From Plasmodiophora brassicae (taxonomy: Eukaryota): a DNA stretch of 64,000 nt. The notes beneath the pieces are model-generated. The model was not told the DNA's origin and searched no databases. It saw only the letters and a program-made list of their open reading frames with translations. The position numbers and the translations under genes are program-made. Location: positions 248,001 to 312,000 of the forward strand of contig CP145414.1 in assembly GCA_036867785.1 (NCBI GenBank), in the 5' to 3' direction. Below, piece by piece: positions 23,631 to 37,602 of the stretch (positions are counted from its first letter, which is position 1; each line of letters begins with the position of its first letter).

Positions 23631-24934
23631 TTATTGGCGTTTGGGAACAGGGATGCTCATGAAGTCCCGGGCGCAGACGACCTTGCCGCTGGGGAAGGCG
23701 CCGGCGGCCAGCGCGCGAATCTCGTCCATGACGGCGAGGCTGTCGGGCGCGTCGTCGCCTTTGTACCGCGAGCTGAAATGGTTCAGGACGAGGGCGCCGG
23801 CGGAGATCGACGTGGCGAACGCGCCCGCCATCTGCGGCGTGGAGTGCCCATGGGAAACGCATTGCTCCTCGACGACTGCCGCGGTCGTGACGCCCGAGTC
23901 GGACTGCAGGAACGCGTTCGTGGCCTCGTGGATCAGCAGGTCGGCGCCCATGGCCAGCGGGGCGATCGCACTCGATTCGCAGGTGTCCCCGAGAATGGCT
24001 GTGAACGAAGCGAATCAGAACGCGTCCGGGGCGGCGGTGGCGTTTGAACGGACCAAGTCGTCTGCCGGGTCGCTTCGGATGGAGGAAGTCCTCGGGTCGC
24101 AGGACCGTCCCATCGGGCAGGTCAATGGACTGGCCCGACTTCAGCGACGGGAGCAGGGCCATGGGTGTCCGGACGCCATACGCCTGGCAGAGCCCCGGGG
24201 CGTGCGCCTTCAGGATCGGTTCAATCTTCTCGATCATGACCCGCCCGGGCGTGTCGTCTTCGGTCAGGACGAACCCGACCGATTCGATTCGGTGCTGAAG
24301 GGGCGCCGCCGTCACCGATACCCCATCGGAATGGCAGACCCGCCAGACGCCCGACTCCATCACGATATCCTGCCCTGGTGCTTCGTCGGCATGACGGACC
24401 GACGTGCAATCGCTGCCATCGACGACACCAGCGGCGTGCAACTCGTGGACAGCGAACTGGTACCCCAAACGCGCCTGCGTGATGTTCAGCACCGAACGAA
24501 TAAACGCCCGAAGACCTGGCACGTCGTCAGATGCAAGGGCGCACACCGGCAACGAACCGACATAAAGTAGGGTCTAACCAGGTGGGCCGTACAGGTGGAG
24601 AACGGGGCGATCCGGCGGCGCACCGCTGCCCATGGTGCACATGAGGCCGGGCAGTCCGAGGACATGGTCGCCGTGCAGGTGCGTGCAGAAGATCCTCTGG
24701 ATCCGGGACAGGCGCAGCGCGCCGCACCGCATGATCTGGTGCTGCGTGCCCTCGCCGCAGTCGAACAGCCAGGCGACGCCGTCGATCGTCACCGCCAGCG
24801 ACGAATGGTTGCGCGTCAACGACTGTGCATGCGCTCGTCAGATCCGGGGCCGCACCGACCCCGTTTGCATCGGACACACACACCGGCATGGCGCTGGACG
24901 TCCCCAGGAACGTCACCGAGATCTCGTTCGCCAT
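23631..24934 (-). CDS. ELAC1: Short-form tRNase Z (ELAC1-like); multi-exon
   Basis: [52 protein letters not shown]. Confidence 0.92.
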
Positions 24935-24980
24935 GACACGCGGACGACGATGAGTCGATGACTGACTCGACTTCTGCCAT

Positions 24981-25144
24981 TGCTGTTGTTTTTAGAACTC
25001 CGGATCGCGCCGCGGCCGGGGGCACTGTGCACTGTGTGCAGCTCGGCAGTCTCTGACTGACGCCCGATTCGTCTCTGGATGCTGTTTTTAGAACTCGAGG
25101 GGGTCGCGCCGCGGCCGGGCCGACACACTGTGCAGCTCGGCAGT
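24981..25144. repeat. Imperfect ~65-bp direct repeat (two copies) upstream of tRNase Z
   Basis: gtttttagaactc..tcgcgccgcggccggg..tgtgcagctcggcagt at 24981-25050 and 25081-25144. Confidence 0.8.
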
Positions 25145-25490
25145 GCGGCTGGCGACGCGTTCCACGCGGGCCCCGGCCCGTGGGGTCCCTCCGAGTTGTC
25201 AGTCGGGGCCCGCCGGCGTGACTCCACAGGGGCCCCGTGGCCGGCGTGATACAGACGTCGTTTGAGTCAACGGCACGTCGGATTCGGGGCGGCGTCGGAG
25301 CGGACGACTCCAATGCTGCCCCGGTTCAGTTGAGTCACCCGCCGTGCACTCGTTCGGTGTCTGGGTACGTCCACCCCACAGACTCGCACTGCCCGTCAGA
25401 GTGATATTTCGTGTACATTGTCGACCGACCTGATCCAGCAACGAACCCTGCTCGATGCAACATCGCCCAGACACTGCCCTGAACTATATC

Positions 25491-25865
25491 ATGTATCGGT
25501 TCCCGATCGTGGATCGCCACGCGAGCTGCCCGCCGCCCTGCCCCTGCGCCGAATGTCGCGCCACGTCCGGATTTGCTGCTGTCACCACCACCACGTCGTC
25601 GAGTTGCATTCGATCGACGACAGCCCTGCGCGGTACATGCGACGGCCTGCTAACACCTGCGATCGTCCTGCCTGGGAGCGCCGGCGGCGCCTCGGACGAC
25701 AAGGGTCAGTCGGGCCTGTTCCGGTGTGGCATCTGCGCCCGGGTCTTCAACAGAAAGTTCAACCTGAAACGCCACGCGGCCATTCATATGCGACGGGGCC
25801 ATCATTCGGACCCGATGCCGGCGGCGGCGTCCCACAGCAACTATGTCTATGTATTGCACTCATGA
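25491..25865 (+). CDS. Small single C2H2 zinc-finger protein
   Basis: FRCGICARVFNRKFNLKRHAAIH; alternative start at 25455. Confidence 0.7.
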   Translation: MYRFPIVDRHASCPPPCPCAECRATSGFAAVTTTTSSSCIRSTTALRGTCDGLLTPAIVLPGSAGGASDDKGQSGLFRCGICARVFNRKFNLKRHAAIHMRRGHHSDPMPAAASHSNYVYVLHS

Positions 25866-25932
25866 GCGACGACAACTTAAGGGCCATACTATAACGATAC
25901 AGGATGCCGTCGTGTGACCCGCTTTGCTATAT

Positions 25933-28258
25933 TCATGACCGTTTCGCCTTGGAAGACCGCCCCGACTTTCCGGATGGTTTCAGCGACGGCTCTAGCGACG
26001 GCGCCGCCGCCGAGGATCCTTCCAGGTCGTCCTTGCGCATGCCCTTCAGGCGATGCACGAGGCTGTGCATGCGCTGCCGGTCATCGTCGCGAAGCGAATC
26101 CAGCTTCCACAGCCGGTGCTTCGCCGGGTTGCTGCTGCGAAACCGAGCCGTTACCGAGGGGGAGTGCACGGGCGGTCGGGAAGCGACATGCGCTCACCTG
26201 AACAGCGACGACTTGGACGACGGCGCGTTCGACATGGACGAGCGGCGGCCGCGTTTGCTGGCGCGACCGCCCCTACCGAACGAGATTGTCGTTTTCTTCA
26301 TCACCGATGGGGGCAGGCGGGCGGGGGCGTCCTCTGTTGCACAGCGCCGTTTAGCGGCCGACGTAGCAATGCCCACCGAGGACCGAATCGTTACTCGTCC
26401 TGCTGTCCGGAGCGGCGTCGGAATCGGAATCAGATCCGAGCACCTCCAGCGATTCGTCGTCGTCGTCGCTGCTGTTATCGGACAGGGCCGCCGCATCGAT
26501 CCGGTCCTGGTCGCGTTCGATCTCGAACGGCACGGCCGCCTGCGCCGCACGCGCCTCCGGCTGTCGCAGAACGACGACGCATCAGGAAATCGTTCGCCCG
26601 CGCGCGGCGTCTCACATACGTGTGCGTTCCGGCCCGTTGCTTGCGTCGGCGGCACGCTGACCGACATGTCCTGGAGGCGGTGCTGGTGCCCGGCCCGGCT
26701 GGCGATCCTGCGCGGGCACGGACATTAGGGGCCGCCGTTATATAGTTTGCAGGACCGACACACACACCTGGACGGCGCCAGCGAGCTGGTCGGCAGGCCC
26801 AGTCGGGACAGACGTGGCACTTCGCCGTCGGCCAGGAAAGGGCACATGATCGTCGCCCGGCGGTCGAGCAGAATCTCGAGCTTATGCCGATCCTCGTTGC
26901 TCTGGAGAGTGCGGTGTTCGTCAGACCGCGATGGCCGGCCATCCAGACGCGGGATCGATCACCGAATCGACGATGTGGTTAGCGGCGCGGCAGCCGCGCG
27001 GGCGTTCCAGCGTGTCGAACCGCAGGACCTGGGCCTTGCAGCAGAGGTACCGGCCGTGGGTGGCCCCGTCGAGGAACACGGGGTCGCAGGGATGGAACGA
27101 GCAGTGGCCCAGGTCGCTGATGCGGAACCGAGTGGCACATTTCGTGCAGTACAGGTCGGTGACGACGCCCCAGAGCATCCAGAACAGGTCGCACCACGAT
27201 GTACCATCGGCACGAAGGCTGGTCAGGCAGGCTGACAGCGACCAGGGCGTTTGCGGGTCAGTCGAGTGTCGCGCCACGATACGACCATGGAAGTCGATGA
27301 ACAGGTTCGCCTTCGCGCAGACCTGCTCGTCGAACTGGCGCCGAGTGAACAGTATGCCGCAGCACTGGCACAGCGAGATCTCGTTGCCCGGCTCGGACAG
27401 CATTTGCTCCAGCTTGTGTTTGTACAGCTGGCCGGCGATCTTGTCCTTCGGGTCGTCCAGCCGATGCAGGTCCTGGATCGTGATCTGTGACGCCACCTTG
27501 GCGACGATCGGCGTGGAGACGCACGACAGGTCGATGGGGACACGGACGATCTCCTGCAGGTGCTTCGTGAAGTACGTGACGCTCTCGTCGACGAGGGCAT
27601 CCATCTTCAGGAACTCGCTGGAGATCAGGATCGAGACGATCGTCTTGGGCCCTAGCTCCGGTAGCGGCTCCTGCTTCTTGACGTACCGCATCAGCCAGTC
27701 GAAGATGTGCACGTCGCAGTGCACCGAGATGTCGATGTCGTCCGACGCCGTCGAATCGTTCAGGTAGTGCCGGAAGTACGACATGCCCGACAGCAGCGTC
27801 CGTTTCGGGCAGGTGAAGTCCCTGGAGATCTGACGTCCTTCATCGCGTACGTGGATCGTGATCTCCAGGTCGTCATCGTCGCGTTTCGCGGGCGGCGGTG
27901 TCGGTTTGGGGGCCGGGTCGACTGCTACAGGGTCCGGGCCAGCGATCCGGCCGGGAGCGCTGGCAGACGCGGCCGCAGGTGGGTGGACCTGCGGTGCATC
28001 CAGCAGGAACGCCCGGTATTCGACCCCGGCACGGCCTTGAAGGACGTCCCATCGCTCGCGACAGTCAGCGCCAGTGACGTTCTCGAACGATTCTGCGATG
28101 CGGTCCCACTTCCGAGTCGTCATGCCGCCTACGGCCCACCCAGTCTGTGAGGCGGAACGTTCTGCACATGCACGAACAGACGCGTTACTCTTTGATTTGA
28201 CCGCGGCCAACAGGACCTCGTCCATTTCGAACGAGAAGAACACGGGGGCCGGCGCCAT
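25933..28258 (-). CDS. SANBR: SANT and BTB domain protein (KIAA1841/SANBR, DUF3342); multi-exon, extending below the 26921 ORF end
   Basis: KWDRIAE..CRERW SANT; ITIHVRDE..RDFTC..MSYF, DISVHCDVHIFDWLM, SILISSEFLKM; spliced exons continue to LRDDDRQRM near 26070. Confidence 0.85.
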
Positions 28259-28543
28259 CGTAGACGACGGGGCGGCCGTGTCCAGGCTAGACTGGCGGAC
28301 TGAGACGGGCGTGCACCCTGCTGCGGCCACCGTACGTCTGTTCCGTCCACAGGACAAACAGGCACAGCAGGGCCGAAATTCAGTGCGTTTTACTGACAAG
28401 CTGCTCGCCAACGTTTACGCGAACGTTAATCCGGGGGAGGGTCTGCAGAGCATCGTGCCTTCCCTGAGTCGATCGATGCCCACTGTATTAGTGATGGGGT
28501 GTCTGTACCCCTCCACGAAGTCCGTGGCGGACACCGTCGTGCC

Positions 28544-29368
28544 ATGCCGGCCGTCGACGCTGTCGACGACGAACACCGTGACGTGGAACGCCGGGACGAT
28601 CACCGTCGACGTAGGGATCGCAGTGTGAGCCCCGACAGGCGGCGGCGTCGACGGAGCCGTAGTCGCGATCGACGACGACATGAGCGCAGTGTGACGCCCG
28701 ATCGGCGTAGGAGTCGCAGTCGTGACCGGCGACGCCATCGGGATCGCCGTTCGCCACCGGATCGTTCCAGGCGGCGCGATCGCAGTTCAACACCAGATCG
28801 GCACAAGCGCAGTACGAGTCCGTCGCTGCGGCGACGGGAAGAACGCAGCAGAAGTCCCAGTGGCAAGGATCAGGAGGAAACGGTGTCGGGTGCCCCTGCG
28901 AAGACGGACGCACCCGTGAAGCGTCCCGTTCTGAAATTCAAGTTGAAAACGCCTGCGCCACCCGATAGTGGACCCGGAGAGCCGCCCGCGAAGAAAACAT
29001 CGACATTGGAAGAGCAGGCGAGAATGATCCTAGCCAAGAAGGGTGGTGCCCGGCCAGCATCATCCGCAGGAACGGGACCGAAGCCGGCCGGACAGATGAT
29101 CGAAGGTAACCGCAGCGTTCGCCCCGCCTGGCACGGACAGGTGCTGACGTTTGCAGTGATACTAAACGATCGTCTGGGGACGAAGACGCGAGTGAAGTGC
29201 TGCCCCGAGGATACGGTCGGGCAGCTGAAGCAGCTCGTCGCGATGCAGATCGGGCGGCGCCCCGAGAAGATCCGCCTCCAGAAATGGTACACGGTCTTCA
29301 AGGACCACATCACGCTCGACCAGTACGAGATCCACGACGGCATGAGCATTGAACTGTACTATAACTAA
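28544..29368 (+). CDS. UBL5: UBL5/Hub1 ubiquitin-like protein with a long N-terminal RS-rich extension; 51-bp intron 29106-29156
   Basis: [49 protein letters not shown]; upstream in-frame [16 protein letters not shown] repeats. Confidence 0.88.
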   Translation: MPAVDAVDDEHRDVERRDDHRRRRDRSVSPDRRRRRRSRSRDRRRHERSVTPDRRRSRSRDRRRHRDRRSPPDRSRRRDRSSTPDRHKRSTSPSLRRREERSRSPSGKDQEETVSGAPAKTDAPVKRPVLKFKLKTPAPPDSGPGEPPAKKTSTLEEQARMILAKKGGARPASSAGTGPKPAGQMIEGNRSVRPAWHGQVLTFAVILNDRLGTKTRVKCCPEDTVGQLKQLVAMQIGRRPEKIRLQKWYTVFKDHITLDQYEIHDGMSIELYYN

Positions 29369-29487
29369 ACGGCGGTTCTGGCTCACGTTGTGACGGCCCG
29401 CGTGAAGTGGCCCCGCGTGAAGTGGCCTAAGCACGTAGGACGTAGTCGCGGACACGCTATAACGTGGCATGCGAGTCGCGCGGGAAT

Positions 29488-30416
29488 TAGTAATGTCAAC
29501 GGGTCGACCCGGGTCGGGCGGGTCAGGGACCTGCCGAATCGGGTCTGACCCGGGTCGAGTCCTGAGGCCAACGGGTCGGACCCGGGTCAGACCCGGGTCA
29601 GACCCGGGTCGACCCGGGTCGGAATGAATGTCAGGCCACTGGCCGGGAAACACCTCCATAAGACATGACTGTCGACGAATTAATAGAATACGTCGTCTGA
29701 AGGACTGCAATTCGCATATGGCACTCGCTGCTGGCCCGCTGGGTCGCTCAGGCGCGTGCGGCGTAACCGAGGTTGAAGCCCATGAAGTCACGTGCCCTCA
29801 TCGCGACCCGTGGAAACAGTTGCTAACTAACCTAACCACGTGCGAACGTCACGGGCGCTCTTCTCCCCTGACATTTCCGGTGGGAGAACCACCGCTGCAG
29901 TTCGTTCTCGAAGGACTCGCTGGAAGCTTCACTTCTCTAGGTGGTCTGGGTGCTTTTCGTTCGACTTTAGCAAAGTTCGCAGGCTGTTTATCGCTGTCGT
30001 CGCATCCAACGAAGAAGATTCGGGATTTGAAGTGGCGCCGTCTGCAACTGAGTGACTTGCAATCTTGGCATTCTTGCGAGCACTCTAGTGCCAAGTAAAC
30101 TCGACGACGGGTGTACGTTGACACAACATGAAGGTGCTCGATCCAGAGGATCGCCTTGTCTCCGGAGCCCAATCTGCGGCCAGGGACGGCGGCCGGCCGT
30201 CAGCAAGTCCCGGCACCCCGAGGGCCGAGAGTCGAGTCTGTCGAGATCAGTGTCTGCCACCCCCAAGTCCGCTATGCCAACTGCAGGTCCATGACCCGGG
30301 TCATGGGCGGGCGCGGCGGGTCTGACCCGGGTCGACTGGGAACCCCCACGGGTGAGTCGGGTCGGGTCGGGTCGACCCGGGTCGACTCGGGTCGGGTCGA
30401 CCCGCTGCCATCTCTA
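29488..30416. mobile_element. Non-autonomous hAT-superfamily DNA transposon (MITE-like), 929 bp
   Basis: 8-bp TSD GCGGGAAT at 29480-29487 and 30417-30424; imperfect TIRs TAGtaATGtCAaCGGGTCGACCCG / TAGagATGgCAgCGGGTCGACCCG (20/24 match); dense subterminal GACCCG/CGGGTC repeats; no transposase ORF. Confidence 0.9.
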
Positions 30417-30492
30417 GCGGGAATCGCCAGGGGCCGTGACGGACTGCGCCACGGCCCCTGAGGTACCCAATAAAGGGACGGCGCCAGACGGT

Positions 30493-31955
30493 ATGGGGGT
30501 CTACGTCAATGCCCGGACGGCCCGCTGCCTCCGGTCGTACAAGTACAGCGGCGAGGTGCGCACCTGCCTGCCATTGGCGCCAGCAGAACGGGGAAGCGAA
30601 TTGCTGAGCTGCGCAACAGGATCGGTCGTACCTGTTCAAGCTGGTGCTGAACCCGACGGCGGCGGCGCTTGTGGAGTTCGTCCCGCGATGTGTGGCTCCG
30701 AACCTGATCGTAGGAGCGGATGGCAGTGGACGGGTTTCACCCTGGCAAATGATGGTTGCTGCAGACTGTAACCGGCCTGGCTCTGATTGCAGCAGCGGCG
30801 ACGCTGACGACGGTGCTCAGCCCCGACCTGACGGCAACGCTGCCAGCGTCCGCTCACTTCATCTGTGCGGTCTCGATTCTCATGTACCAGACGCTGGACA
30901 ACATGGACGGGAAGCAGGCAAGGCGAACGGGGAATTCCACAGCGTACGGCCTACTGATGGACCATGGCGTGGATGCTATGGCTGTAACTGTCGTTTCCAT
31001 TATGGTGTGTGTGTGTGTTCAACGCGACTGTGCGACGGCTTGTCTGACGACCGGTTGGCCTTGCAGATGGGGAGTATCCTGCAATTGGGAGGTACATGGC
31101 GGCTGTTCGCCATCTGGGCGATTGCGATGACGCCCTTTACAATGGCGACCTGGGAGGAGTACTACACGGGGTCGTTGGTCCTTGCAGAACTGAATGGCCC
31201 CAGCGATGGCCAGTTCATTCTCGCCGTATGCTGTCTTCTGCCAGCCGTCTTTGGTACACCGGCGTGAAGGCGTTTCAGTCAGTGATGGTTCCTTATACGG
31301 CCAACAGGAGCTGGCTTCTGGTCAGAGGTCGTCACGCTTCCTTTCGTGAACGTGAGAACGCAGCGGAACGTTCTGGTCGTGCTGCTGGGTATAACAGCAA
31401 TGATCCCGACGGTGATCCTGAACGTCGCTAACGTTCTACGCTCGTAATGCGTCTGCTTGCCCGACATCCTGTGCCCTAATCGTGATTTCGAACAGATCCA
31501 AGACTAGGGAAACAACCTCGGCGCGACTATCCACCCTGTTTCCCTTCATTGTCCTCCTGACGAACGCATCGATCTGGATGTTAATGTCTCCTGCAAGAAT
31601 CGTCGAACTGCATCCGCGAATGTTTCTGTTGGCGAACGGGTTCACGTTCGGCAACCTGGCCTGTCAGTGCCTTACGCGTCATCATCCGCGCTCACACATG
31701 GACCTAAACTGTCTTATCATTGCAGGCAAGTTGATGTTCGCCCATATCGGCGGGTTTCCCTATGCAACCTGGCGAGCCGCTCTGGTTCCTGTCTCTATTG
31801 CTGCGCTGAATGCAGCGGTGGGCGCTCCCGTTGACGAATCTCTCGTCGCCGTCCTTTGTCTAACGACAGCCTTTCTTGCATGGCTTCATTTTGTGGTTAT
31901 TGCGACCAAAGAGATCACGGATGCCCTGGGCATTCGGGTGTTCTTTGTCAAGTAA
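30493..31955 (+). CDS. Choline/ethanolamine phosphotransferase (CDP-alcohol phosphotransferase); multi-exon
   Basis: YKYSG-DRS, YQTLDNMDGKQARRTG..LMDHGVDA signature, WEEYYTGSL. Confidence 0.93.
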
Positions 31956-32083
31956 CAGGTGCGTCATTGTCCCATTTACACAAAACCAATCTCGTGTGCC
32001 GTTCATCGTCCTGTCTGCCCGTGAACCCACCTACCGTGCAGAGTCGACCTCGATCGTACTTTATCATGTTCAAGTTGGCATAC

Positions 32084-34249
<2,166 letters not shown>

Positions 34250-34428
34250 GACGACGACGCCCCCCGAAACGAAAATGACGTTCGCCTTTTGCACTTTCGC
34301 ACGGGGGACGGCGTCGCTCCGTCGAAGCTGCAATTCAACGCGGGCGTGGGGTCGTTCGTTCGTAGTAAGAGGACGTATTCGCTAATAATGGTTTAATGAC
34401 GTTGTCATTCGTGGTTGTTTTTGGTGTT

Positions 34429-37400
34429 TCAGAGATGCGACCGGTACGTCGCCGAGCGCGTCGGGCTGCCGGGTCGGCGTCGGATCGGCGCGCGCTGCTC
34501 CGGCGTCTGGCGCGGCGCGTCGTCCGTCGCGTCGGCGCTGGCGCCGTTCGCCGCCCGCGTGTACGGGTTGCGTTTCGCGCCGTGCCGGTCCGACGGGGCC
34601 GGGGCCGGGCGCCCGCGTCGCGGGTGCCCGTCTGCTGCGAGCGGGGCGTCCTCGTCCCGTGCATCGCTCTGCCATGGCTGACGAACGCCTTCGCAGTCGT
34701 CGTCGCCGACGCCGGGGAATCCGACCAGGTCGCCGCTGACGCCGACAACGTCGGCTGGAGGAACGCGCTCAGGAACAATGCCGACGCCTTCGATCGCGCC
34801 GGTGCTGTTGGCGGGCGCCGTCGCGTTGTTCGCGTCGTTGTCGGGTGTGGCGACAGCAATGAACTCCTCGACGACGGCGAACAGCGGCCCGTCGATGTTG
34901 CTGGTGGCGGTCGTGACGCCCTGGACGGCGATCGCCTCCGTGCCATCGCTGAACACGACGGCGACGGCCTCGGTCGTCTCGATCAGGTCGATGATGAGCG
35001 TGCGCTTCGGGAACAGGAGGTACACGCCGCCGCCGACCGCCTTCCCGCTGCTCGAGTTGACGAAGACGGCTGGCTGGAACGGGACAGGGGCCGACACCGA
35101 CCTGCAGTACGCTGGGACCGACGTGCTCGCCGTGCTGTTGCTGTTGTTGCTGCTGCTGCTGCTGTTGTTGTTCAGCATGAGCTGGGCGACCTGGGTGGGC
35201 GTGGCGATCGCCGACAGCGGCACACCCGTCCTGGATTCGTTCATGGCATTGTCCACGAACGCGAACAGGGCCGGAACAGGTACGCCTAGGACGGTCTTGT
35301 TCTGCATCCTGCCGAGGCCCACCGGCGAAGCCGTCGCTGGGACCGCGTTGCTGCTGCTGTTGGTCGGGGTTGCCGGTGCCGACGACGGAACCGGCGTCAC
35401 GTTGTTGGTCGTCAGGGGCGCCGGCGCTGTGCTAGTCGGCGAAGGCACCGGGGCCGGGACGACGAGCGCCGGCGTGTTGCCGGGTGCACCAACGGCGGGC
35501 ACTGGAGCAGCGCTGGCGACGACGTTGACGGGCGCCACGCTGGGCCACGTGCTGCCGGCAGGGCTGGCAGGCAGGTTGGTCGGTGATCCGGTCGGCACCA
35601 TCGACAAAGGAACCGCCGTTGGGAACGTGGTCGGGGCAACCGTTGGCGCCAGCGTTTCAGGGATGAACCCGTTGTTGTTGTTGTTGGCGTTGCCGTTGGT
35701 GTTGGTGTTACCGTTAGCGTTGTTGTTGGCGTTGCCGTTAGCGTTGTTGTTGGCGTTGGCGTTGCCATTGGCGTTGGTGTTGCCGTTGGAATTGCTGTTG
35801 GTGTTGGCGTTACCGTTGGCGTTGTTGTTGGTGTTGCCGTTCGAGTTGGCGTTACTGTTGGTGTTGCCGTTGGTGTTGGCGTTACCGTTGGTGTTGCCGT
35901 TGGTGTTGGTGTTGCCATTGGTGTTGGTGTTGCCATTGGTGTTGCCGTTGGCGTTGCTGTTGGTGTTGCCGTTGCTGTTGGCGTTACCGTTGGTGTTGGC
36001 GTTACTGTTGGTGTTGCCGTTGGTGTTGGTGTTGCCATTGGTGTTGCCATTGGCGTTGGTGTTGCCATTGGCGTTGGTGTTGCCGTTGGCGTTGCTGTTG
36101 GTGTTGGCGTTACCGTTGGTGTTGCCGTTGGCGTTGCTGTTGGTGTTGGCGTTACCGTTGGTGTTGCCGTTGCTGTTGGCGTTACCGTTGCTGTTGGTGT
36201 TGCCGTTGACACTGCTGTTGGCATTCCCGTTGGTGTTACCGTTGGCGTTGCTGTTGGTATTGCCGTTGGCGTTGCTGTTGGTGTTGCCGTTGGTGTTACC
36301 ATTGGCGTTGATGTTACCGTTGGTGGTGCTGTTGCCGTTGTTGTTTCCGGCGGTGTTACCGGTGGTGTTGCCGTTGCTGTTGCCGTTCCCATTGGCGTTA
36401 CCGATGGCGATGGTAATCCCGTTGCCGTTCCAGGTACTGTTGCCGTTGAAGTTGCTCTTGGCGTTGCCGTTGAAGTTGCTGGCGATGGTGTTGCCGTTGC
36501 TGGCAACGTTGCCCATGTTGCCGTTGACGTTGCCGGTATCACCGTTGGCGGGCTTGGTGCCAAGGTTGCCGGCGTTCGTGCCGACGCCTTGGTTCATCGT
36601 GACCGGAATGACGACAGGAGCCGGCGACGTGGCACTACGGCCACCCTGAGCTGGCACCGGCGATGGGGCCGCAATGAACGGAGCCGGCGTGGCGACGTCG
36701 TTCTGGCAACCAGGGCACGCGGCGTTGCCGGTCGCCGGCAGGACCTCGACGACAGGTGCCTGGGACAGGACGCTCTCCATCGTCGACGTGCTCTGCGCCA
36801 TGGGCGTCGACTGCACGCCAGGACTGGGAAGCGCACCCAGGCCGGCGCCCTCCAGCAGGCTGGACACGATGCCTAGGTCCTCGCTGGTCAGGTCGCCCGT
36901 GTCGACGTCCGACGCCAGCGTCCCGTTCACCGTCTTCGCCTGCGCCACGATCGCCCCGTTCGTCGCGCCGACCTCGATCGTCGTGTTCCCGTTGATCTTG
37001 GCGTCGTTGTCGGCGACGACGCCGTTGACCAGGCCCTGGACCTCGGTGTCGATCGACGCGACGCCGCTCACCGTCTTCGCCTTGGCGTCCGTGTTCGCGT
37101 CCGTCACGTTGACCTGCGAGAAGGACACGTTCCGCGCCGACCCGTCCGACATGGGCACCTCGACGTTCACCTGCTTCTCCTCGATGACGCGGTCGACCGC
37201 GTGTGTCGTGTTGGCGCCGGCGCCGGTGGCCGCCGCCGTGTCCACCGACAGCACCGACGAGATGCTGTCGATCGCGGCAGCATCATCCGGGCGCACCTCC
37301 ATGCCGCCGTACGATCGCGTCGTCGTCGGCGTCGTGCTGTTCACCGACTCGAGCGTCGACACGTCGCGCCGGCTCGTCACCGACGTGACGTTGATGTCGG

Positions 37401-37602
37401 TCCCCGGGAGCGTCATCGTGGCGACCACCGGCGGCAGGTTGGTGACCTCGGTCTCCTTCGTGATGGCGACTGCGGGCGCAGGCGTCGACGTCTCGATAAC
37501 GACCTGGGCCGGCGCGTACGCCGACGGCGACGACGGCGCGTACCCGGTGCCGCGGGCGGTCCCGACCAGCATCAGGGCGGCCAGCACGGCCATCATCGTC
37601 AT
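34429..37602 (-). CDS. Large secreted low-complexity protein (~1050 aa) with a central (Asn-X)n repeat, intronless
   Basis: Signal peptide [18 protein letters not shown]; long NGNTNSNAN tract; Pro/Thr/Ala-rich flanks; C-terminal putative globular region. Confidence 0.85.
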   Translation of the reverse strand: MTMMAVLAALMLVGTARGTGYAPSSPSAYAPAQVVIETSTPAPAVAITKETEVTNLPPVVATMTLPGTDINVTSVTSRRDVSTLESVNSTTPTTTRSYGGMEVRPDDAAAIDSISSVLSVDTAAATGAGANTTHAVDRVIEEKQVNVEVPMSDGSARNVSFSQVNVTDANTDAKAKTVSGVASIDTEVQGLVNGVVADNDAKINGNTTIEVGATNGAIVAQAKTVNGTLASDVDTGDLTSEDLGIVSSLLEGAGLGALPSPGVQSTPMAQSTSTMESVLSQAPVVEVLPATGNAACPGCQNDVATPAPFIAAPSPVPAQGGRSATSPAPVVIPVTMNQGVGTNAGNLGTKPANGDTGNVNGNMGNVASNGNTIASNFNGNAKSNFNGNSTWNGNGITIAIGNANGNGNSNGNTTGNTAGNNNGNSTTNGNINANGNTNGNTNSNANGNTNSNANGNTNGNANSSVNGNTNSNGNANSNGNTNGNANTNSNANGNTNGNANTNSNANGNTNANGNTNANGNTNGNTNTNGNTNSNANTNGNANSNGNTNSNANGNTNGNTNTNGNTNTNGNTNGNANTNGNTNSNANSNGNTNNNANGNANTNSNSNGNTNANGNANANNNANGNANNNANGNTNTNGNANNNNNGFIPETLAPTVAPTTFPTAVPLSMVPTGSPTNLPASPAGSTWPSVAPVNVVASAAPVPAVGAPGNTPALVVPAPVPSPTSTAPAPLTTNNVTPVPSSAPATPTNSSSNAVPATASPVGLGRMQNKTVLGVPVPALFAFVDNAMNESRTGVPLSAIATPTQVAQLMLNNNSSSSSNNSNSTASTSVPAYCRSVSAPVPFQPAVFVNSSSGKAVGGGVYLLFPKRTLIIDLIETTEAVAVVFSDGTEAIAVQGVTTATSNIDGPLFAVVEEFIAVATPDNDANNATAPANSTGAIEGVGIVPERVPPADVVGVSGDLVGFPGVGDDDCEGVRQPWQSDARDEDAPLAADGHPRRGRPAPAPSDRHGAKRNPYTRAANGASADATDDAPRQTPEQRAPIRRRPGSPTRSATYRSHL
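35668..36560 (-). repeat. Coding hexamer-based repeat (AAC NNN)n encoding alternating Asn
   Basis: gttgccgttg/gtgttg/gcgttg periodicity on the + strand. Confidence 0.92.

Noticed and set aside
25933-26900. Separate small genes below the SANBR ORF
   Set aside because: GT-AG splicing links them as 3' exons of SANBR, ending with the conserved R-D/E-DD-x-x-RM motif
29500-30410. GACCCGGGTC repeat clusters as a CRISPR array or telomere; internal ORFs as transposase
   Set aside because: No regular repeat-spacer period and eukaryotic context; explained as hAT subterminal repeats; no DDE/BED/dimerisation motif found
34778-36649. 623-aa hydrophobic L/V/A/P ORF on the + strand
   Set aside because: Antisense shadow of the Asn-repeat gene; the AAC-based repeat gives stop-free reverse frames
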